Source: Gammaproteobacteria bacterium HGW-Gammaproteobacteria-4 (lineage in GTDB: Bacteria; Pseudomonadota; Gammaproteobacteria; Xanthomonadales; Xanthomonadaceae). From it: a DNA stretch of 64,000 nucleotides. The notes beneath the pieces are model-generated. The model worked only from the letters and a program-made list of their open reading frames with translations. It was not told where the DNA came from and ran no database searches. The stretch spans positions 5,804 to 69,803 of the forward strand of contig PGZC01000006.1 of NCBI GenBank assembly GCA_002839995.1, given 5' to 3'. Positions 38,061 to 46,500 of the stretch are shown here, piece after piece (position 1 is the stretch's first letter; the number at the start of each line of letters is the position of its first letter). A program made the position numbers and the translations under genes.

Positions 38061-39968
38061 ATGAGCTGGATACAGAAGCTCTACGAGACCTACGAGCAAT
38101 GCAAGGGGCACGAACCGGAGGGTGCGGAGCGTCTACTCCCCGTCAGCCACACCTTTCAGCAAGCGCATGTGGAAGTCTCGCTCGATTCACTGGGCAACTT
38201 CAAATCTGCACGGACGCTGGGCAAGGAAGACACCGTCATCCCCGCGACCGAGAAATCGGCTGGCCGGACAGGTAAAGCGCCGCCGCCGCATCCCCTGTGC
38301 GACAAGGTGCAGTATTGCGCGGGGGACTACACAGAGATGGGGGGTGGCAAGCCTTCGTTCTTCAAAGACTACGAAACGCAGTTGGCGGCCTGGTGTGCGT
38401 CCGCTCATAGGCACCCCAAAGCGGAAGCGATTCTTGCCTATGTACGAAAAAACCGGGTCATCGCAGATTTGGTTACCGAAAGCGTCCTGCATCTCGGGCC
38501 TGACGGAAAACTGCTGAACAACTGGGGCCGCGATACCCCAGTGCCCGAGGTGTTCAAGGTTCTTACGTCTGATGCCAAGACCAAGTTACGTGATCAGGGG
38601 AATGTTTTTATCCGCTGGCGAGTTCATGAGCCAGACAATCCATGCTCGGCAGTCTGGGAAGACGAGGGCTTGCAAGCAGCCTGGGCGAAATACGATGCCA
38701 GCGCCAAGGCAACGCCTGGCATCTGCATGGTGACGGGTGAAGCCGGGGTCAACTTGGCGTTGAGCCATCCCAAGCGTATTCGCCACGCGGGCGACGGCGC
38801 AAAACTCATCAGTGCCAATGACGGTTCGGGCTTCACTTTCCGTGGCAGGTTTACCGACGACACCGGCCAGCAAGCTTGCGGCGTAGGCTACGAAGTCACG
38901 CAAAAAGCCCACAACGCGCTGCGCTGGCTGATCCAGCGTCAGGCCTACCGCAACGGCGATCAGGTCATCGTCTCGTGGGCTGTTGGCGGGGCTCCCATTC
39001 CCGATCCTTTCGGCAGCTCGCTCACGCTACTGCTTGCAGGCGGCGACGCGGCGGAAGCACCCACTGTCATCGTCGACACCGACGCAGGGCAAGCCTTCGC
39101 CAAACGCCTGAGTCTGGCGATGAGAGGGTATCGCGCACGACTCGGTCCGGCCGACGACATTGTCGTGATGGGGCTGGATTCCGCTACGCCCGGGCGAATG
39201 GCGATCACCTTTTACCGAGAGTTGACCGGTTCGGAATTTCTTGCGCGGATCGAACGCTGGCACATCGACTTCGCCTGGCATCAGAACTTCGGCAAGGACA
39301 AGCACTTCGTCGGCGCACCCGCGCCGCACGACATTGCCGAGGCTGCGTATGGGCGCCGCCTCGACGACAAGCTCAAGAAGGCTACAGTTGAGCGCTTGCT
39401 GCCGTGCATCATCGATGGTCAGGCGCTGCCGCGCGACCTCCTTGATTCGACCATCCGCCGCGCCTGCAATCGGGTCGGGCTGGAGCGCTGGGAGTGGGAA
39501 AAATTTCTGGGTATCGCCTGCGGTCTGTACCGAGGCGCTTTCAAAAACGAGGGGTACGAGATGACACTGGAGACAAACCGGCGTAGCCGGGACTACCTGT
39601 ATGGGCGTTTGCTGGCGGTCGCCGAGCACATTGAAAGTCGCGCCTTGTACGTAGCAGGCGAAAAGCGCGACACCACTTCCTCCAAGCTGATGCAGCGATT
39701 CGCTGACCGGCCTGCGAGCACATGGCGAATTATTGAGCCTGCTCTAACACCCTACATCTCCCGTTTGCGAGCAAAGCGCGCTGGATTCATGTTCGAGATG
39801 GACAAGTTGCTGGATCAAATTATCTCCTGCTTCATGGACGATGACTTTCTTGACGACAGCAAGCTTTCCGGCGAATTCCTGCTCGGCTACCACTGCCAGC
39901 GTCAGGCGCTGAACCCGCCAAAACCCGATGTTGCCACTGCGGTTGAAGAAGACACCTCCGCCGACTAA
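38061..39968 (+). CDS. cas8c: Cas8c/Csd1 large subunit
   Basis: MSWIQKLYETYEQC...VSHTFQQAHVEVSLD...VIPATEKSAGRTGKAPPPHPLCDKVQY: a Csd1-family N-terminus in the canonical position between cas5c and cas7c. Confidence 0.92.
   Translation: MSWIQKLYETYEQCKGHEPEGAERLLPVSHTFQQAHVEVSLDSLGNFKSARTLGKEDTVIPATEKSAGRTGKAPPPHPLCDKVQYCAGDYTEMGGGKPSFFKDYETQLAAWCASAHRHPKAEAILAYVRKNRVIADLVTESVLHLGPDGKLLNNWGRDTPVPEVFKVLTSDAKTKLRDQGNVFIRWRVHEPDNPCSAVWEDEGLQAAWAKYDASAKATPGICMVTGEAGVNLALSHPKRIRHAGDGAKLISANDGSGFTFRGRFTDDTGQQACGVGYEVTQKAHNALRWLIQRQAYRNGDQVIVSWAVGGAPIPDPFGSSLTLLLAGGDAAEAPTVIVDTDAGQAFAKRLSLAMRGYRARLGPADDIVVMGLDSATPGRMAITFYRELTGSEFLARIERWHIDFAWHQNFGKDKHFVGAPAPHDIAEAAYGRRLDDKLKKATVERLLPCIIDGQALPRDLLDSTIRRACNRVGLERWEWEKFLGIACGLYRGAFKNEGYEMTLETNRRSRDYLYGRLLAVAEHIESRALYVAGEKRDTTSSKLMQRFADRPASTWRIIEPALTPYISRLRAKRAGFMFEMDKLLDQIISCFMDDDFLDDSKLSGEFLLGYHCQRQALNPPKPDVATAVEEDTSAD
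39561..39968 (+). CDS. cas11: putative Cas11c small subunit from an internal in-frame start within cas8c
   Basis: In-frame ATG at 39561, preceded by GAGGGG (39549-39554, 6-nt spacer). It would give a 135-aa helical product (MTLETNRRSRDYLYGRLLAVAEHIE...). Internal translation of Cas11 from cas8c is established for type I-C systems. Confidence 0.5.
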   Translation: MTLETNRRSRDYLYGRLLAVAEHIESRALYVAGEKRDTTSSKLMQRFADRPASTWRIIEPALTPYISRLRAKRAGFMFEMDKLLDQIISCFMDDDFLDDSKLSGEFLLGYHCQRQALNPPKPDVATAVEEDTSAD

Positions 39969-39986
39969 TTTCACGAGGACACACCC

Positions 39987-40871
39987 ATGAGCACCCTGCA
40001 AAACAAAATCGACTTCGCCGTGATCTTTCGCGTCACCAATGCCAATCCGAACGGCGACCCGCTCAACGGCAACCGCCCGCGCACCGACTACTCGAACTAC
40101 GGCGAGATGAGCGACGTGTCGATCAAGCGCAAAATCCGCGACCGCCTGCTGGAACGTTGGATCGAGGCCGGCCGCAGCGATGACGGCACCATGATTTTCG
40201 TCCAGTCGGACGACCGCAAGGCGGATGATGCCAAGAGCCTTCGGGCACGGGCCGAAGCCGGGCTTGGCAAAGAGTTGGGGTCGGACAAAACCGTAGAGCT
40301 GGCCTGCAGGAAATGGCTGGATGTCCGCGCCTTCGGCCAGCTTTTCGCGCTCAAGAGCAACAAGAAAGCGGGAAAGAAAAATGAAGATGGATCGGATGCC
40401 GAGGGCGATACCGGCGTATCCATTGGCATACGCGGGCCGGTCACGGTGCAATCCGCTTTCAGCGTCGAGCCCATCGATATCACCAGCCTACAAATCACCA
40501 AGAGCGTAAGCGGCGAAGGTGATGGCGCCAAACGCAGTTCGGACACCATGGGCATGAAGCATCGTGTTGACCAGGGCGTGTATGTCTTCAAGGGCAGCAT
40601 GAACCCGCAACTTGCGGAAAGAACGGGCTTCGCCGACACCGACGCCGCAGCGATCAAGGCTGTGTTGCCTCGACTTTTCGAGAACGACGAAGCCGCGGCG
40701 CGCCCCGCTGGCAGCATGGAAGTGCTGAAAGTGATCTGGTGGCAACACAACTGCAAGGCCGGGCAATACTCGTCGGCCAAGGTGCATCAGACCCTTGATG
40801 TTGCCGCCGATGGCAGTTACACGCTGAAGCCGCTTGAAAAGCTCGTTCCTGAGGAAATCAACGGATTCTGA
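39987..40871 (+). CDS. cas7: Cas7c/Csd2 backbone subunit
   Basis: IDFAVIFRVTNANPNGDPLNGNRPRTDYSNYGEMSDVSIKRKIRD: the Csd2/Cas7 signature. Confidence 0.93.
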   Translation: MSTLQNKIDFAVIFRVTNANPNGDPLNGNRPRTDYSNYGEMSDVSIKRKIRDRLLERWIEAGRSDDGTMIFVQSDDRKADDAKSLRARAEAGLGKELGSDKTVELACRKWLDVRAFGQLFALKSNKKAGKKNEDGSDAEGDTGVSIGIRGPVTVQSAFSVEPIDITSLQITKSVSGEGDGAKRSSDTMGMKHRVDQGVYVFKGSMNPQLAERTGFADTDAAAIKAVLPRLFENDEAAARPAGSMEVLKVIWWQHNCKAGQYSSAKVHQTLDVAADGSYTLKPLEKLVPEEINGF

Positions 40872-40875
40872 CCCG

Positions 40876-41169
40876 CTATCGCCGCCCAGCCCAATACCCC
40901 GGGCGGCGGGCGTGGTGGGCGAGGGCAATGATCCGCACGCTGTCGGGCGATACCCGGTAGATCAAGGAGTAGGGAAACGTGGGCAAGATGAAGACGCGGG
41001 TTCGGTATCGACCAATGCTTCCCATCTCGGGAAAGGATTGGAGCTGCGTCAACGCGCGCTCGAACGCGTCCGCGAAACGATCGGCCGCATCGAATGCCAA
41101 TTCGCCCAGATACCAGTCGAGCGCAGCGTCGAAATCGGCCTGTGCTTCGCTGGAGACGCTAATCCGCAC
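40876..41169 (-). CDS. type II toxin, RelE/ParE family
   Basis: 97 aa. ...AQADFDAALDWY...FADAFERALTQLQSFPEMGS...YSLIYRVSPDSVRIIALAHHARRP matches the ParE/RelE plasmid-stabilisation fold pattern. Antisense to the cas operon. Confidence 0.85.
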   Translation of the reverse strand: MRISVSSEAQADFDAALDWYLGELAFDAADRFADAFERALTQLQSFPEMGSIGRYRTRVFILPTFPYSLIYRVSPDSVRIIALAHHARRPGYWAGRR

Positions 41170-41422
41170 AGGCCGCCTTGGCGGCGGCGATGCGTTCGCG
41201 AATGCGGCGCATGACTTCGTCGGCCGGCACCCACGTCGTCCGCCCTGCGTCCATATCCTTCACTCGCCGCGCGATCTCCTCATCCCACGCCTGTGCAATG
41301 GCCGCTGGCGTGTCTTCGGCCGGCGCTTCAAGGCTGAGGATCAAGCGCTCGATCAACTCGCCGCGCTCGCGCGCGCTGAGCTGCAATGCCTGCGCCTCGA
41401 CATCTTTCAATATGGCGGCCAT
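41159..41422 (-). CDS. addiction-module antitoxin (TIGR02574-like component)
   Basis: 87 aa. LSARERGELIERLILSLEAP...AWDEEIARRVKDMDAGRTTWVPADEVMRRI is typical of this antitoxin family. Overlaps the toxin start by 11 nt. Confidence 0.8.
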   Translation of the reverse strand: MAAILKDVEAQALQLSARERGELIERLILSLEAPAEDTPAAIAQAWDEEIARRVKDMDAGRTTWVPADEVMRRIRERIAAAKAACAD

Positions 41423-41463
41423 GACGTACTCCAGATCGGGCGACCGAACCCAATCTTAGCACC

Positions 41464-42081
41464 GTGAACGACACCGACCCCATCCCCATCTCCGCGCTCC
41501 AGCACTGGAGCTACTGCCCACGCCAATGCGCACTGATTCATGTGGAGCAGGTGTTCGCCGATAACGTCTACACCGCACGCGGCAATGCGGTGCATGCGCT
41601 GGTCGATGAGCCCGGCGCCGAGCGCAAAGGCACGGTACGTATCGAGCGCGCCATGCCCTTGTGGTGCGATCGCCTGGGCCTGATCGGCAAGGCCGATCTG
41701 GTGGAGTTCGATTCCGGCGGCAACGCCTACCCGGTGGAATACAAACACGGTCCGCGCCGGCAAAAACAGCACGACGACCTGCAACTGGCGGCGCAAGCCC
41801 TGTGTCTCGAAGAAATGACCGGAAAACCGGTAACCGAGGGAGCGATCTATCACTTCAGCTCGCGGCGTCGGCGCGAAGTGCCGATTACGCCCGAGTTGCG
41901 GGCGCTCGTGACGCAGGCAACGAGCGAGGTGCGCGCCATGATGAGCAACGCGCAGTTGCCCGCGCCGGTGAACGATGCGCGCTGTCGCCATTGTTCGCTC
42001 AGCGAAATCTGCCAGCCAAAAGTGGTCGCCGAAGTCGATCGCTACCACGTCCTGCTGCGCAACCTCCGCGAGCCGACATGA
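41464..42081 (+). CDS. cas4: Cas4 (RecB-like nuclease with Fe-S cysteines)
   Basis: GTG start. ISALQHWSYCPRQCAL ... GKADLVEF...EYK ... ARCRHCSLSEIC: one N-terminal and three C-terminal Cys, plus the D..E.K nuclease motif. Confidence 0.92.
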   Translation: MNDTDPIPISALQHWSYCPRQCALIHVEQVFADNVYTARGNAVHALVDEPGAERKGTVRIERAMPLWCDRLGLIGKADLVEFDSGGNAYPVEYKHGPRRQKQHDDLQLAAQALCLEEMTGKPVTEGAIYHFSSRRRREVPITPELRALVTQATSEVRAMMSNAQLPAPVNDARCRHCSLSEICQPKVVAEVDRYHVLLRNLREPT

Positions 42082-43118
42082 CCGCCTATCACCTGCTTAA
42101 TACGCTGTACGTCACTACCGGTGGCGCCTACCTGCACCTGGACAACGACACCGTGCGCATCGAGGTGGAGCGCGAGACGCGCCTGCGTGTGCCGCTGCAC
42201 CATCTGGGCGGCATTGTCAGCCTGGGCGATGTGTTGATTTCACCGGCACTGATCGGCCGCTGCGCCGAAAGCGGTATCGGCATGACCCTGCTCGATCGCA
42301 ACGGTCGCTTTCGTGCCCGCATCGAGGGCCCGGTCAGCGGCAACGTGCTGTTGCGCAAAGCGCAGCATGAGATCAGCAGCAGCCCGGAAAGCGCGCTGGC
42401 GCTGGCCCGGCAAATGGTGCTCGGCAAGATCAAGAACACACGCACCGTGTTGCAGCGCGGTGCGCGCGAAGCCAAGGCCGACACGGATCGCGAAGCACTC
42501 GATGCTGCGGTACGCAAGCTCGATGCCTCGCTGCGTGCGGTGACTGTTGCCGACGAAATGAATGGCTTGCGCGGTGTGGAGGGCGAAGCCGCACGCACCC
42601 ATTTTTCGGTGTTAGATCGCCTTGTGAAACCGGAGTTGCGGCAGGCGTTCGCCTTTGCTGGCCGCACCCGCCGCCCGCCGCGCGATGCCGTCAACGCGGT
42701 GCTGTCTTTTCTGTACACCATGCTTACTCACGATTGCCGCTCCGCGCTGGAAACCGTCGGGCTCGACCCGCAGGTTGGCTTCCTGCATGTGTTGCGGCCG
42801 GGCCGGCCCGCATTGGCACTCGATCTGGTCGAAGAGTTTCGCGCCGTCATGGCGGACCGGCTCGCGCTTACCTTGATCAATCGCGGCCAGATAAAGCCCA
42901 CTGACTTTCGCACTACCGAGGGTGGCGGCGTGCTGCTGGAAGGCGACGCGCGGCGCACCGTGGCGATCGCCTGGCAGGAGCGCAAGCAGGAGTTGCTGCG
43001 GCACCCATTGCTGGATAGCGAAGTGCCGTTTGGCTTGCTGCCGCAAATCCAGGCACGCCTGCTTGCGCGCACTCTGCGCGGTGACGTCGAAGCCTATCTC
43101 CCGTTCCAGGCGCGCTGA
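42078..43118 (+). CDS. cas1: Cas1 integrase, type I-C
   Basis: ATG at 42078 ([29 protein letters not shown]...). [26 protein letters not shown] and [23 protein letters not shown] motifs. The listed ORF 41661..43118 is an upstream frame extension. Confidence 0.93.
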   Translation: MTAYHLLNTLYVTTGGAYLHLDNDTVRIEVERETRLRVPLHHLGGIVSLGDVLISPALIGRCAESGIGMTLLDRNGRFRARIEGPVSGNVLLRKAQHEISSSPESALALARQMVLGKIKNTRTVLQRGAREAKADTDREALDAAVRKLDASLRAVTVADEMNGLRGVEGEAARTHFSVLDRLVKPELRQAFAFAGRTRRPPRDAVNAVLSFLYTMLTHDCRSALETVGLDPQVGFLHVLRPGRPALALDLVEEFRAVMADRLALTLINRGQIKPTDFRTTEGGGVLLEGDARRTVAIAWQERKQELLRHPLLDSEVPFGLLPQIQARLLARTLRGDVEAYLPFQAR

Positions 43119-43120
43119 AC

Positions 43121-43411
43121 ATGCTCGTCATCGTGTGCTATGACGTTTCCACCGAAACCCGGGAAGGGCGACGCCGCCTGCGTCAGGTGGCAAAAGCTTG
43201 CGAAGGCGTTGGCCAGCGCGTACAAAAGTCGGTGTTCGAGTGCCGCGTCGATCAGACGCAGATCGAAGCGCTGGAGCGTCGATTGCTGGATATCATCGAA
43301 GCGGAGCAGGACTGTTTGCGCTTCTACCGGTTGACCGAACCAGTTGAACTGCATGTCAAAGAGTTCGGCAATTTCAAGGCAGTGGATTTTGATGGCCCCC
43401 TGGTGGTGTAG
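43121..43411 (+). CDS. cas2: Cas2
   Basis: [41 protein letters not shown]: canonical Cas2. Confidence 0.93.
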   Translation: MLVIVCYDVSTETREGRRRLRQVAKACEGVGQRVQKSVFECRVDQTQIEALERRLLDIIEAEQDCLRFYRLTEPVELHVKEFGNFKAVDFDGPLVV

Positions 43412-43594
43412 AGCCGTGCGCGAACCCACAGCGATCCCCATTTCCCGGCCCTGTTCGCGCAGCCCGCAACTGCGCGATTTCATGGCGTTTTGCCCTTGCA
43501 TGTTGCCCGCGCGCAGGGCAATCTCACTCACGTCGCGGCGGTTCGCGCAAAGCTGCCCACAAACCCTTGTGGCTCAATGCGCTGCCTTCACGGC
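43412..43594 (+). promoter_or_regulatory. CRISPR leader
   Basis: Non-coding 183 bp between cas2 and the first repeat. The repeat orientation (…ATTGAAAC at the 3' end, as in type I-C) places the leader here. It contains three copies of GTTCGCGCA and several short palindromes. Confidence 0.75.
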
Positions 43595-46500
43595 GTCGCC
43601 GGCTCTCATGGGAGCCGGCGCGGATTGAAACGTGCGAGCCGACCACCGGGCGATATATGCCGCGATGGTCGCCGGCTCTCATGGGAGCCGGCGCGGATTG
43701 AAACGGCTGGTACCGCGCGGACGGCACACGCAGATTCCGTCGCCGGCTCTCATGGGAGCCGGCGCGGATTGAAACAAACTCAGCACTGAGACTTGCGCGC
43801 TGTGCAGGAGGTCGCCGGCTCTCATGGGAGCCGGCGCGGATTGAAACCAACAATGCGCGCAAGACCCGTGGATGGCTGGCAGTCGCCGGCTCTCATGGGA
43901 GCCGGCGCGGATTGAAACGGCAGGCATCACGCTTGAGCAGGCGATGAAGCTAGTCGCCGGCTCTCATGGGAGCCGGCGCGGATTGAAACATGATCACGAA
44001 CTCCGGCACAGACAGGAACTCCATGTCGCCGGCTCTCATGGGAGCCGGCGCGGATTGAAACAGCGGACTCAAGGCGCGCGCGCTCCGCGGCATCGTCGCC
44101 GGCTCTCATGGGAGCCGGCGCGGATTGAAACTTTACCAGGACGCCCGCCGGGAAGTACAAGGAAGGTCGCCGGCTCTCATGGGAGCCGGCGCGGATTGAA
44201 ACAGCGCCACTCTTTCCGCGTGTTGTTTCGCCAACGGTCGCCGGCTCTCATGGGAGCCGGCGCGGATTGAAACGCTCGACACAATAGACTTGGTATCAGC
44301 CCCGATGTCGCCGGCTCTCATGGGAGCCGGCGCGGATTGAAACTCGCGGACGATCTCGGCATACGCCACCACGTTTGCGTCGCCGGCTCTCATGGGAGCC
44401 GGCGCGGATTGAAACACCGGCGGCGGGCTTGATGGCCTGATTGACCGCGTCGCCGGCTCTCATGGGAGCCGGCGCGGATTGAAACACCGCTGAGGGCGAT
44501 CCCAGCGCAGAAGCAGAACAGTCGCCGGCTCTCATGGGAGCCGGCGCTCATGGGAGCCGGCGCGGATTGAAACCGTGCAATTTTGATACAACCGCCGAAT
44601 GGGTCAACGTCGCCGGCTCTCATGGGAGCCGGCGCGGATTGAAACGCGTCGGTGAGCGCGCGCTGCTGTCCGTCCAGCCGTCGCCGGCTCTCATGGGAGC
44701 CGGCGCGGATTGAAACACCGGGCCGCTCATGCCACCGCCGCGGTATTCCTGTCGCCGGCTCTCATGGGAGCCGGCGCGGATTGAAACGCTCCTGCTGAGT
44801 TTACGGACACGCAAAACGTGCGTCGCCGGCTCTCATGGGAGCCGGCGCGGATTGAAACCTCGCTGAGGTGGATCTGGCGATCCTCGGTTTGCGTCGCCGG
44901 CTCTCATGGGAGCCGGCGCGGATTGAAACCGTGAGCATGTCGTAGGCGCTGATGCCTTCGGCCTGTCGCCGGCTCTCATGGGAGCCGGCGCGGATTGAAA
45001 CCAGCTTATTGCGAGTGACGTGGCGGCGTCGAACGGTCGCCGGCTCTCATGGGAGCCGGCGCGGATTGAAACAGCACGAAGCCGTGCGCCGGCTTGGTGT
45101 TATCAAGTCGCCGGCTCTCATGGGAGCCGGCGCGGATTGAAACGCTCGATAACCTCAACGCGCACAACGGCTCAGTGTCGCCGGCTCTCATGGGAGCCGG
45201 CGCGGATTGAAACTTTTTGCCTGTTGCAATTCCATATGGCGGGTCAGGTCGCCGGCTCTCATGGGAGCCGGCGCGGATTGAAACACGATCAAGCCATCTG
45301 ACAGCCGGATCACCGGGGTCGCCGGCTCTCATGGGAGCCGGCGCGGATTGAAACCCCACACGCCGCCAGGAACTCCGGCATGCTCAAGGTCGCCGGCTCT
45401 CATGGGAGCCGGCGCGGATTGAAACGGATTTCGGCACCAAGCCCGATGGCTGGTTCGCGGTCGCCGGCTCTCATGGGAGCCGGCGCGGATTGAAACTCAC
45501 CGCAACGCCACGCAGCGCCGCCTACCGCGGTCGCCGGCTCTCATGGGAGCCGGCGCGGATTGAAACTACGGCTTGCCCCTGCCGAAATGCCGTGCATGCT
45601 GGTCGCCGGCTCTCATGGGAGCCGGCGCGGATTGAAACCTACGCGCTTCCATCCGCAGCCGGATCTGCACCGGTCGCCGGCTCTCATGGGAGCCGGCGCG
45701 GATTGAAACACGGGCGTTTCAGAACTGAATGCAAGCTCGACGGGTCGCCGGCTCTCATGGGAGCCGGCGCGGATTGAAACAGCCTGCCCGCCGCCGTGTT
45801 TGCTGTGCCAGGCGGTCGCCGGCTCTCATGGGAGCCGGCGCGGATTGAAACATCTGGCGAGATGGAAGCAATGCGCAAGGATGCGGGTCGCCGGCTCTCA
45901 TGGGAGCCGGCGCGGATTGAAACATCGAGCAGGGCATCTCGTACGGCCTGCGGCGCGGTCGCCGGCTCTCATGGGAGCCGGCGCGGATTGAAACGGCTTC
46001 GAACAGGTTCGGCATCAGCGGCCTCTCGTCGCCGGCTCTCATGGGAGCCGGCGCGGATTGAAACAGGAGTCGCGCCTCGATCCGTCCGCCGTGTCGCGGT
46101 CGCCGGCTCTCATGGGAGCCGGCGCGGATTGAAACGATGTAATCGAGCGTCCAGGCTTGCAGACCACGGGTCGCCGGCTCTCATGGGAGCCGGCGCGGAT
46201 TGAAACAATGAAGTCGCTGAGCGCGCGTTGTGAGTGCTTGTCGCCGGCTCTCATGGGAGCCGGCGCGGATTGAAACCCGCTGCCTTCCGCGAGCTGCGGC
46301 TTGTAAGAGGTCGCCGGCTCTCATGGGAGCCGGCGCGGATTGAAACACCGGGCGCCGAGTACATCCCGATTGAAAACACGTCGCCGGCTCTCATGGGAGC
46401 CGGCGCGGATTGAAACACGTCGAGCGCCACACCGAGCGCGCGCGGCGGCGTCGCCGGCTCTCATGGGAGCCGGCGCGGATTGAAACGAGATCGAGTGCAG

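Noticed and set aside
41661-43118. 485-aa ORF suggesting an N-terminally extended Cas1 overlapping cas4
   Set aside because: The Cas1 homology starts at the ATG at 42078, which overlaps the cas4 stop in the usual way. The upstream part is an out-of-frame read through cas4.
46347-46379. Spacer 39 contains GATTGAAAAC, and spacer 52 (47270-47302) contains GTCGCCGGC, resembling repeat ends: possible mis-phased or fused repeats
   Set aside because: Spacing and length of the neighbouring units are normal (33 nt), and only 9-10 nt match. This is most simply chance similarity in GC-rich sequence.
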